Positions 13,365 through 24,181 of a stretch of 64,000 nucleotides of DNA are shown here, one piece after another; the stretch's first letter is position 1; the number at the start of each line of letters is the position of its first letter. Source of the DNA: Selaginella moellendorffii. Its lineage: Eukaryota; Plantae; Lycopodiophyta. Location: the NCBI RefSeq assembly GCF_000143415.4, contig NW_003314321.1, positions 317,167 through 381,166 of the forward strand, in the 5' to 3' direction. The position numbers and the translations under genes were made by a program. Below the pieces are notes generated by a model. It saw nothing but the letters and a program-made list of their open reading frames with translations. It did no database searches and was not told the DNA's origin.

Positions 13365-15429
13365 ATGGAAGAACAAGAAGAAGCGATGGCTTATGGTGTT
13401 GTGATAATCTTCGACACCTTGAGAGAGCTCTCTGACGCTGCTGTGTTGTGGACCTTGGATCGAGTTGTCCAGCCAGGAACTCTCGTCACTCTTCTTGGCA
13501 TACTCCACGAAGTTCTCACACCAAGTAAGAATGAGGAGGCGTTTCTGAAAGCTTTGATTTCTAAGTTTAGTTCTCCTTCCGCAAATAAATGTACCTTGTT
13601 TTGTCGTAGTGGGATATAGATCCAAGGTAGACTTCACATCGTTCAATGGAGTAAATGTCAAATCTCTCGAGGAGGAAGCAACAAAGACGGGAAGGTACTA
13701 CAGGTTGAAGTCAGATGATTTTTTCAGCGCCTGCAAAGTTAAAAAGGCAAAGTCACACTAGCAAAGGAAAAATCGATTTGATACCGATATCTTTGTAGGT
13801 GAAACTGGAAGTGAAGATTGTTGCCGGCAGTCCCTTGAATGTCGTAGCAGTGAGCGAAACAAGGAAGCTTCAAGCCTCGTGGGTGATATTGGACAAGTAA
13901 ACTTATCCAGTTTTCCTTTTTTCTTTTGCAAACGCTGTGTTTTGCTTATCTTAGGAACCTAAAACGATACGAGAGATACTTATCAGAGCATCTAGCGTGT
14001 AATATCGTGCTTATGAACCGTAACAACGAAGGAAGAATTGTAAAGCTTTCCGAACCTGTTATCGTGGGACCATCATTCGAGCTCCGCAAACTCTCCTCTG
14101 CCGGTTTGACTCCCTTTTCCTCGGCAAACAATGGTATGTATGAACATATTTGTTAGTTTTTAGAGCAAATGGCTTACCTTCAGGTGTTCACTCCAGTCTT
14201 ATCCCAGCAGGATTTCGATAAGCGATGCTCAGGGTGTTACTGTAAGACAAGAAATGCACAAGAAATTAGAGAGTTTAAACTTGCAGAGATCGAGGAAGCA
14301 ACTCACAGCTTCTCGCAAGCCAACTTTTTGTCTGAAGGAGGATTTGGCAATGTGTTTAAAGGCATTCTACTGGAACAAGGACTCGAAGTCGCTGTGAAAA
14401 GGCACAAGCTTAAAAGCACACAAGGAGATAAGGAGTTTTTTGCAGAAATAAAAGTTCTCTCACACACAAACCATGAAAACGTTGTCAGCTTGGTCGGATA
14501 CTGCACTGAAAATGGTCAGAGAATCCTAGTTTATGAATACGTCTGCGATGGTACACTGGCTTGGCACCTCTCCGGTAAGCTCTACTCTTAATTCTTATAA
14601 CATCCACTAAAACCTTCACAGCAAAAAACTCTACTGTGCTTTCATGGCCTGCAAGGCATACCATTGCTGTGGGTATTGCCAAAGCACTACGCTACCTTCA
14701 CCACGAATGCACACAAGGCAGAGTTATCCACAGAGACATACGGCCACACAACATACTTTTAAGACATGACTTTACTCCAGTTGTGAGCTTCCGAGAGTAG
14801 AGACATTAGAGACATCTAATGACACGATGAGTTTCCACAGGTCGGAGACTTTGGACTTGCAAAATGGGAAAATGACTCGGCGGCACCGGAGACGACTCTA
14901 GTAGCAGCTACTGGGTAAGCAAAGCGGTTTTTTTGTAGGCTGCTGCTCTAAACTAAATGTGAAAAATGGCAAACATGGCATACCTGGACATTCAAAGGTA
15001 TGTGGCTCCAGAGTATGGAGCAACTGGCGTGGCAACAGAAAAAGCCGATGTTTATTCCTTCGGCATAGTTCTGTTGGAGATTATCACTGGCCGCAGAGCG
15101 ATTGATTTGTCTTGCGAGCAGACGAGCCTGGTAGAATGGGTGAGTATTCGCTACTGCATGCTAGAGCTTTTACCTGATCTTTTTCACCAGGCTCGTCCAA
15201 AGCTTGAAGTTAGAGACGCGAAGTCACTGCTGGACCCGAGGCTTGGGACTGACGTCGACGAATACCAAATACAGTGCATGATTCATGCTGCCGCGTTTTG
15301 CCTGCAAGAAGACCCGTCGCGAAGGCTGAGGATCAATCAGGTCAGTAAAAACATCAAAACTCGGTAGCTCACCAGCTTGTGCAGATTTTGCGTGTTCTTG
15401 TAAGTGAAAACGAAGAAGTAGGAAGCTAG
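13365..15429 (+). CDS. Receptor-like cytoplasmic kinase with an N-terminal USP/adenine-nucleotide-alpha-hydrolase-like domain
   Basis: N-terminal AVLWTLDRVVQPGTLVTLLGI and ASWVILDK...LACNIVLM. Kinase motifs EGGFG, VAVK, HRDIRPHNILL, DFGLA, YVAPEY and DVYSFG. Confidence 0.9.
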
Positions 15430-15489
15430 AATGACAAGCTGCTCGAGACAAACATCTCTGGAACTTAGCTTTTAAAGCTCGAAAAACTT

Positions 15490-16103
15490 TCAAGAAGATC
15501 GTAAGTTCCAGCCTCTTCCTTGACACTCGAGACATGTTCTTGAGCCGGAACAAGCCACGCAGTACTTCCACTTATTTGGCAACCTGTTCATATCAATTCG
15601 TAAGTATAGAAAAAACAAGAGGCAGCGAGTTTACCCGGCTGTATTCCTCTTTGCGGCATTCGCACTCTTTTTTGCCTTGGCAGCAACATCAGGAAGAAGC
15701 TCTTTCATGACAAATCCTTGTCCACTACATTGTGGGCATAGTCCCGTGCCACTACAAGCTCCACAATCCTCCTGTTTAGACAACAAAGATTTATAGAATC
15801 GCAAAAAATCGTACTAGAAGTAGAACGAACCCTCGTTTGATCCGCAGCTCCCTTTTGCAATCTCGCCAATGCAAACGAGGCAGCTCCAACGATTCCCAGC
15901 ACTGCGATTCCCGACGCCACATCTTCAAGAGCCGCGACGATAACACGATGGCGCTTTCGAGGCCTGGCTTCGACCAAACCACGAGAAGGAGAAGCGCTGC
16001 GAGGAGAAAATACTTCCTTTGATTGAAATCCATGAAATTTCACCTGCAATCCTTGATCGCCAGGGCGCATCCCTCCAACAAAGCGAAGATTGCAAGACGC
16101 CAT
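15490..16103 (-). CDS. Small, probably plastid-targeted DnaJ-like zinc-finger protein; 3 exons
   Basis: Transit-peptide-like N-terminus and TM segment. Spliced product contains CGACSGTGLCPQCSGQG...TAGLPNKWKYCVACSGSRTCLECQGRG (CxxCxGxG repeats). Confidence 0.85.
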
Positions 16104-16246
16104 CGCTAAGATGAAAGCCCTAAAGTTTTGAAATGAACGGGTTGATTTAAACCACTGCCATGGACGGCCTGGATTGTTTTCTTTCTAACGATTAAGAGAG
16201 CATTCCACGTCAGCTTCTAAGTTAGGGTTTATACAAGATTTTGAGA
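16104..16246. promoter_or_regulatory. 143-bp divergent intergenic region with a telo-box (TAGGGTTT at about 16223) and an ACGT-core element (CCACGTCA at about 16205)
   Basis: Lies between head-to-head ATGs at 16103 and 16247; motifs are visible in the sequence. Confidence 0.6.
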
Positions 16247-18631
16247 ATGGCGCCCGTGGTGAAGGGGAGCGTGAGCGGCGTCTTGCCGGAGCGCCGGGTT
16301 TTTGCCGTGCAATACCCGGGCTATCCGAGCTCGATTGACCGCGCTGTGGAAACGCTGGGCGGCGAGGCTGGAATCGCCAAGGTAACTCCCCCTGCCGTTC
16401 TTGCTCTTTGCTTAGGAAAGTGGTTCTTAAGGTCCGGGCATCGGATGCTGGCTATCTAGAGCTCAAATTTAGGCCGGAAGATCCTTATTCGCACCCTGCA
16501 TTTGGTGAGCCACACCGGACTTCGGATCTTTTGCTTCGAATTTCCGCGCCGAAGCAAGGAGATGAGAGGAACTCAGCAGATTCGCGGGAGCTTGATGCCG
16601 AGATAATTGCTCATGTGGAAGATTCTTACGTCTTTGATGGTGAGCGCTGTTCTAAAAGTTTTTTCTTCCCATCTCATTTTTCCTGTAGGGATGGCGGACT
16701 ATCAATATGTTCTTGCGGTGCATTCGAATGGTTCCAGCGAGAAGAAATCCAAGCAGACTAAACAGCGCTTTGGTATGCTTTCTTTTTTCTGCAAAAAGAT
16801 TTTTTCATGAAGATCACTGAACTGAAGACAAAGGAAGCTTGATGGACATGGAAGAGGAGGACCTCATGATTCTTGTTCCTCCACTATTCTCGATAAAGGA
16901 CATGCCAGAGGAGACTTTGTAAGTTAGATCCATTGCTTTGATTGTGAAGCTGAGTTTTTATCATTCTTTAGGCTACGCCCATCAGATCGCTCGAAAGCGA
17001 AGCCAGTCGAAAATCCGGTACGTCTTTTTTCTTTGCTGTTTGTACGTTCTGAGAATATGGTTTTTGGCAGATGGATTTTACACCTTGCTTTGGTCTCGAC
17101 TTCAAAGCAAAAGATATCCTTTTCTTGAGCTTTTTTTTTTTTTTCTGTCTTTGAGTTTTGACTTGACTTACCACACATGTTCCCAAGGCAGTGAACTGGG
17201 AGGTCAAGCTAGTGAAGGATTCAGAAGAATGGTCTTTACACAAGGCCATGGTGAAATGTTTTGAAGAGCGACCAATATGGGTGAAAACAACACTCGTCCA
17301 GAAATTGCACGATCAAGGTTTGGAGCCGACACCTTCAATGCTAAAACGGTAGAGTTGAATGGTCGCACTTACGCCTCTTTAACTCTGCAGTTTGTTGGTT
17401 GTAGGCTCTTGTTTAGACTTGCATACAATTTTCTTTATGGTCCGTTTAGAACACTGTGGATAAAAAACGGCTACGATCCACGAAAAGATCCAGCATCACG
17501 GAAGTATGTTTTAGCGACCTTGTTGCGAGAGCTAATAGTTTGGTTTGCTCAGGTACCAAATGCTGGACTTTAGAGTGCCGAGGTTGCTGAGGTACTCTGT
17601 ACAGCAAGCTCCTAGACGAGAGTAAGCATTCAAATATATAAACTTGTGCTTTCTTATTCTGAAATTGACGCAGGGCGGAGAATACTTTTTGGAGAGACGA
17701 GTGTGCATTTAAGGTGGTCCCGCAAAAGAAATTCTCTTTTTTCCAACTCTACGATTTGCAAGACGATTTCATCAAGTCTCAGATCGAGAAGCCGCCAGAA
17801 CGCAATACTTGTAGTGTGAGTAGTGTGAGTGTTTTCAATGCTTGGTCTAATTGTTTGTTCTGCAGGAATCTACTGGATGGTTTCGACGGGGCACGTTGGA
17901 AAGGATGCGGCAGCACGTACGTCTACGTTTCCTCGCCTTGATACCGGGGGATGCTGCTAGAGCTCTAGAGGAAACAGAAACTAAGAATTTTGAAAGGTTT
18001 AAGAACAAGGCTGGATGGAGGGGCGGAAACAGGGGGGCTCTCAGACATATTGACAAAAGCATTGACACAATGGACGACCCTGGTTTGTTTCCAGAGCCAT
18101 TGTTCGCAGGTTTTAGCAGTTTTCTCTACTGCCTTTGCACTTTGTGACTGACTGCTGGTTTACAGAAGGTGACATAGCAGAAACTCCTCATGGCTCGGAG
18201 ACAACCAACGCAGGAAAGCAGCCGGAAGTGCTGACTGGGGACGATGACGAGGACGACGAAGAGGAAGAAGAAGACGACGAAGCGAGGGCGGATGAGGAAG
18301 ACGAAGAAGATGAAGAGTCTGAAGAGGATGAAGACAATCTACAAAACAAGGTAGCTTTTCAAAATGCGATCTTGATTTCCCACTCAACTTGGTGGTGGTG
18401 TGCAGAGCAAACCACAAACCTTTCCAAGTGAGGTTCCAACACGTATCCTATTTTGCAAATCTGTACATTTGTTTCTTTGACATTGGCTCAGATCCGTCGC
18501 ATGACATCCCGAAGAACTACTTGCAAGCTCTGCTTGAGAAATTCCCCCAGGGCCAGAAGGCGGGCGAGACAGACGAGGACACCGAGTACACCATCTACGA
18601 GCAAGAAGAAGACGACGAAGGGACGTTCTGA
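16247..18631 (+). CDS. GTF3C5: General transcription factor IIIC subunit 5 (Tau95/TFC1), multi-exon
   Basis: FAVQYPGYPSS...LGG, LKFRPEDPYSHP, GMADYQY, FEERPIW, GPFRTLWIKNGYDPRKDP, and an acidic C-terminal tract. Confidence 0.9.
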
Positions 18632-19141
18632 TGAGCCACAGGTCCACATACAAGAGTTCTGCTATTGTGACGTCCTTAACTTTTGCCTGCAAAACAGTCA
18701 GAAGGCTCGACCAGCTAACACACTTTTTTTATTCAGAGTCCCACTTTGGAAAACGTAACGATCAAAGTTTTGGGAAGATTTAAAATGGAGCACAGCACCG
18801 GTTCTCCAAATCCAGAAATTGGATCCTGAGGAGAAGTTGTTGCAGAGACAATGGATGGCGTTTGCAAAGACTCGCAAGAGCCGAGTTGCAAACTGGGAGA
18901 GCATGGATTGAGACTAATGATAGATCCAAACTGATGATTTTCTCAAGAAGAGCGTAGAAACAATCAGTAACGTAATTAGCTAGTATAGCACACTTGCCTT
19001 TGTACCAGGGTGACCACTTTTTCCACCTCTTTAAGTTCTTGAGAAATGTTTGAGGTTTTAATTTGAGTTGATTCTTATAAATTAACTCCTAGTTAGTTTT
19101 ATTTTATTATGTTTATAAAATTATATTTATAAATTTAAAAT

Positions 19142-19168
19142 TGTGAGGGCCAAGCTGTATTCCTCACA
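19142..19168 (+). mobile_element. 27-bp collapsed remnant of the gypsy LTR with a candidate 4-bp TSD (AAAT)
   Basis: TGTGAGGGCCAAG (LTR start) + CTGTATTCC (LTR 22941-22949) + TCACA (LTR end), flanked by AAAT on both sides. Confidence 0.6.
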
Positions 19169-20235
19169 AAATTAATTAATTTCACCATAAATATAAATTT
19201 AAAAATTTATTTATTTATTTATTTTGTAATAATAAATTTAATTATCATATAAAATATGAATTGCAAAAACATAGGAACATTATTATTACCGAAATTCAAA
19301 TTTGCAAAAGCTCAGCTATTAATTTTTAAATGTTCAAGAACACACTCAGTTATTTTAACTAATATCATTAATATATTAACATCTAAAGCAGTACGATAAA
19401 TTTCACTTATAAAATCTATCTAGAATATGATTGTGTTGCCTATAACATTGAGATATATTGAACAGGTTTTAGGTTACAAATGTAAATTATAATAGTATAC
19501 TCTATAAGTGATATGTATTATAATTATTTTTAAAATGATTAAAAAATCATTAACGTGATTAATATTTAATCATTAAATATGTCTCATTAATTCATTTACT
19601 GTTAGAAGAAACTAATAAAATTATGTTATGTATAAAATGGTAATCATTACTATGGGAGTTTTGCACCCACTATTAAATTAGTTAATTTAATGTTAAAGTG
19701 GTCACACTATTAAAATAGATTTTGCAAACTCTAATTTAATATTTTAATATAATGATAACTTGTTCAAACAGGCTAATGTTAGAATTTTAATTTTTAAATG
19801 ATATTCTATAAGACTTATAAATTGTACTCAATTGGAGGCCCTTTTAATTTCTGAAACAAATTAGTAAATGTGAACAACCTAAGAGAAAAGAATGACTTGA
19901 AGATAATCTGTAAGGGTTTATATATATAAGGAAATGGCTTATAAATAAAAGGGCATTTTTTTTTTCTAATCAATTAAAAGTTTTAGGATTTAAGTTGGAT
20001 GACCTCCCACAAAATCTAAATTCAACATATTATAATAAAGTGTTCAATTAATCAATTTGAGGAGAACAATCAATCAAATTGCCAAGCAAAGAAGAGGTGT
20101 GAGGAGAGGATTTGCAGCACATTTCAAGCAATAAGTGGTTAATTTAATCTAGTTAATTTAATAGTTTTGAGAACCATTTATTATTAATTTAATTTTTTTT
20201 AACAATATTAAATAATTTTAATATAAAATAACATT

Positions 20236-22718
20236 TGTAAGGTTTGTAAATACATATATATCTAAACCTGTATTACTTTGGCTAGGTAATACACTAATTA
20301 TAATACTATAGCATATGAACTGTCCATTTAGAAATAAATCTAGTCTATCCATTTTTGTATATAACTATTAAACCCCAATTAATATATTTATTCCTTTATC
20401 CTAAGCACCCATATTGGTGGAATTACAATTTCTCCCTAAAAGGTAAATGTTTTTGGCAATGCTTTATTCTAGTATTCAAGATTGTATTTTTTGTTTTTAT
20501 TTCTTCATTCTCTTTTAGATCTAGATTTGTATTAGCTTTTTGCAAGATCTAGAATTTTAGTTATCACTATACTTAGATCTAATCTTTCTTTTTATCTGCA
20601 TTCTATTTTGTCTTTTACTATGCCACATTATCATTAATCAAAGAATATATCACTTAAGGCTATTAATGTTATTCCGTTGGATCAAACTTTTAGTGCTATA
20701 AGGTGTGATCATATTAGTGTTGCACCCATCTTTGGTGTGTTGCCATCTCCAACTTCCGTGGGACATCATTACATAGTTTATCATATTCTTGGTGTTTTGC
20801 CATCTCCCCTTAATGTCGAGTGTGATTGTAATATCAATTAGCAAGCTATGTATGATGTAGTCAAATTTTTAGAAAATGTTTGAAGATTGAGTTTATGAGA
20901 AAATGATATTTACAAGCTCGAATAGATTTCAAATTGTGATGAGGAATTTGATTATTATGGAGATAACTTTGGAGATGAGTTCGAGATTTCACGGGGTAGG
21001 TGTTAATTTTTCAATTTGCTATCTAATATTTTTTCTTTACTTTTTGCTCTTTCTCAACTTTTTCTTATTTCTCAGCTTAAGTCACCTTTTCATATTCCTA
21101 GCATTTTTTCCTTATTTACAGTGTTTTCTTCTTCTGACACATCGATTATTTATGATTCTTTTTATTCTCATTCTCAGTCTAGTGTTGAATTGAGTGTTTT
21201 CTGTCCTCTTTATATTAATCTAGATGTTAAGCATATATATGAAGTGGAGAATCTTGCTTTTATTTTGTTGACAGAGTCTTTGATCAATTTTGGTGTTAAG
21301 TATTCTCATATTCTAAAGATTAAATCACTTTAGCTAGAATTTCAAGTTTAATCCCCACTTTTTAGTGTTATTGAGAGCCTTTATTTTACTGTTGTTTCTA
21401 AGGAATTTATATATTCCCTTAAGAGTGTAAACATTATTATTGATTTTCCTCTCTTAAGTGTTGAGTTGTGTGTTGAGGAGGTTGAGCCGTGTGAATCTTT
21501 TGCTTATATTGTGGTGGCTAAAGTATTTTATGATTAAAAATCCTTTATTTTCTAAGCTTTGAACACATGTTTTTATTTTGATTTCCTTATTTAATTGTAA
21601 GCCACAAATTTTTCTTTTTCAATTTGCTACCTTACCTTGTCTATCCGACCACCATAGCTTAGAATAGGGTTGGGACTTGAATCCAGCCTTGCTTTATTGA
21701 GTTTTTGCATTATCAACTATTACAAATTCCTCTTCTAATGTTTCTTTATTCATTTTTTTGTTTTTTCCACAATGATTTTTCCTCAATTTTTCTCGCTTTT
21801 TCCTTTTTGCCTTGATATTTCAAACTTTTTTTTTTTTGGAGGAGGGGGTATAGGGACAGATGGGAGTTCGGCCCTGACGATAGAGTGAGAACAAACAAAT
21901 ATAGTAATGGAGTGAAGACAAATGACATGGATTGTGGAGTGAGGATGAGCATAGCGAATACAAATGGAATATTCAACCCCAACATAGTGAGGCTAAACAA
22001 ATGCAATAGTGAAGTGATGGTAGAGTGAAGATAAATGCAACGAGTTCAAATGAATCAGTGTTTCAAAACTTTTTTTCCTTCGAGGAAAGGATAAAGAGGA
22101 TGTGTAAGACAAATAGAGTGAGTTCAATCTTCCATATGTAGTGATAAACAAAGACAAAGAGGCAAGTTTTACTTATGGTTGTAAGTCTGAGTTAATAGTG
22201 GTCTCGGAGAATTATTGGTAGGCAAACTTAAATGTGGGGTATATCATTTATTGCAATAGCATTTTATGGATTACAATAATTCTTAAAATCCCTTGCTTTG
22301 GTTCAAAATTATAACTTCAAGGTTAGTTTAAGCATTTGATAACTACACACAAAGTTGCAACTAATTTATCAAGATTCCATACTCAATTGATGTTTATGCT
22401 ATGACTTTGGCTTATGCTATTTGTTTGTTTTAGTTGTGGTTATCAACAACTTTGTTAGTGGTTTTATAAGAGTTACAGATTCTTATGGTAGTTTATAATC
22501 ATTCAAAAAAAAATTTAAATGTTCCTCCTATCATTACCTTTTTCATCTTCCAAATGAGAGGATAATGTAAAGTTTGTAAATACATATATGTATATATATG
22601 TAACTCTGGCTAAGTAATACACTAATTATAATATTATAATATATGGACTAAATTTGATCCATCCATTTTTGTATATAGACCCTAATTAATATATTTATTT
22701 TTATATGCCAGCCTCACA
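20236..22718 (+). mobile_element. Old non-coding or degenerate LTR element (LTRs about 20236-20413 and 22566-22718), related to the gypsy family
   Basis: Direct repeats beginning TGTAA(G/A)GTTTGTAAATACATATAT and sharing GGCTA(G/A)GTAATACACTAATTATAATA. TGGTGGAA PBS-like sequence after the first repeat and purine tract GAGAGGATAA before the second. AGATCTAG-rich leader resembles 23035-23145. Confidence 0.75.
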
Positions 22719-22798
22719 TTTCCACAATCCTAATCACATTTAGATTTCAAATTAAATTGCAATTTTCAAATTTAAAAAGCTTAATTTTAAAGTGAGTG

Positions 22799-22973
22799 TG
22801 TGAGGGCCAAGTGTACGGCTACGATGCCGTATACTAATATTAGCGTAGTGGGATTTTGGTAGCCGTCGGATTAGTTTCAATCCGGACCACTCGCTCCTGT
22901 ATATAAACTAGGGTTTTTGGGCTAATTGATATGCATATTTCTGTATTCCCTTTCCATATTCCAAGCACTCACA
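22799..22973 (+). repeat. 5' LTR
   Basis: Direct repeat with 27639-27813; contains TATATAAA and a telo-box-like CTAGGGTTT. Confidence 0.97.
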
Positions 22974-23209
22974 TTAGTGGAGATGAGGGGCACCTTTGAT
23001 TGTCCCTGGGGAGTGTTTGGATTTGGGATTTTGGTTTAGATCTAGCTTTTGCATCGTCTAGATCTAGCTTTTTCCATTTCCTTTTTTTTGTTCTTTCCTT
23101 TCAGGATTTTGGTTTAGATCTAGCTTTTTGCATTGTCTAGATCTACCATTTCTTTCCAGCTTTTTTGTCATTTCTCTTCTTTTGCTCTTTCTTTTTTTCA
23201 TTCATCTTC

Positions 23210-24142
23210 ATGGCCGATCCACAATCTCCTCCTTTGACTCTAGAGCAGTAGTTGGTTCAATTGCTTGATGCTATGCGCTTGCAATTGAACAACCAAACTC
23301 AATTGATGGCGGCGTTTATGGCATGTGGTACAACTCCTCATGCTCTTGGTGCCAATCCTCGCGTTCGGCCGGAGTTCTTTCGCGGGAATCCTGGGGATGA
23401 TGTGTACCATTGGTTCGATCACTTTACAGTGATTGCCACATATCATTCTTGGGATGATGCTCGACGGCTGCGTGAGTTTCCCACGTGTCTCCAAATGACG
23501 GCGTTGCAGTGGTACAATGGTTTGAGCGCAGCCACTCGTAGGGATTGGAGTGTTCTCCCGGATGTCTTCAAACGCGCCTTCGAACATGCCGATGATTGTG
23601 ATGATGCTTTCCAACAATTGCATTGTCTTCGCCAAGGGCCATCTGAGTCGGTGATGCAATTTGGCGTTTGTTTCCGAAGTCTTTTGCTTCGTGTGGAGCC
23701 AAATATGTCGGAGCGGATCAAGCTAGGAATGTTGTGGCCAGCACTTCGTCAAGATCTTGTCGGACTTGTGCATGCACTTGCTCCTGCCACCCTTGATGAT
23801 ACTCTTTGCTTGGCACAACGTTACGAGACGTCGCCTCTTCCACTTCTCGCTGCATGTCCTTCCGCTCCACTTCCTATGGGTGATGGTCCTGTTCCAATGG
23901 AGGTTGATGCTACTGCTGCTCGAGTCCAAGGACAAGTGCGAGGACGTGGTCGTGGCCGTGATGTTTGCTGCTGGGCGTGTGATGAAGTTGGTCATACTTA
24001 TCGGCGTTGCCGTCGTTTTCCGGATTGGCAACCTCCATTTCCTGGGTGGAGACCTTGGTGTCAGCAACGTCCCCTGGGTGCTGCTGCAGTGGAAGGTCTG
24101 GACACCGAGATGCATCCGGGAAACGAGGAGTCGCGCGAGTAA
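23210..24142 (+). pseudogene. gag: gag with CCHC zinc knuckle; in-frame TAG at 23249
   Basis: ATG at 23210, LRQGPSESV gag motif, CWACDEVGHTYRRC (CX2CX4HX4C). The degenerate copy has Gln at the TAG position. Confidence 0.9.
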
Positions 24143-24181
24143 TGGAGGGACCTTGCGCAAATAAATCAGTGACCCCTCCAT
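24118..24181 (+). promoter_or_regulatory. Predicted -1 programmed ribosomal frameshift signal (G_GGA_AAC plus H-type pseudoknot)
   Basis: Heptamer is in gag phase and pol is in the -1 frame. Stems pair 24133-24139 with 24152-24158 and 24142-24149 with 24174-24181. Confidence 0.8.
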
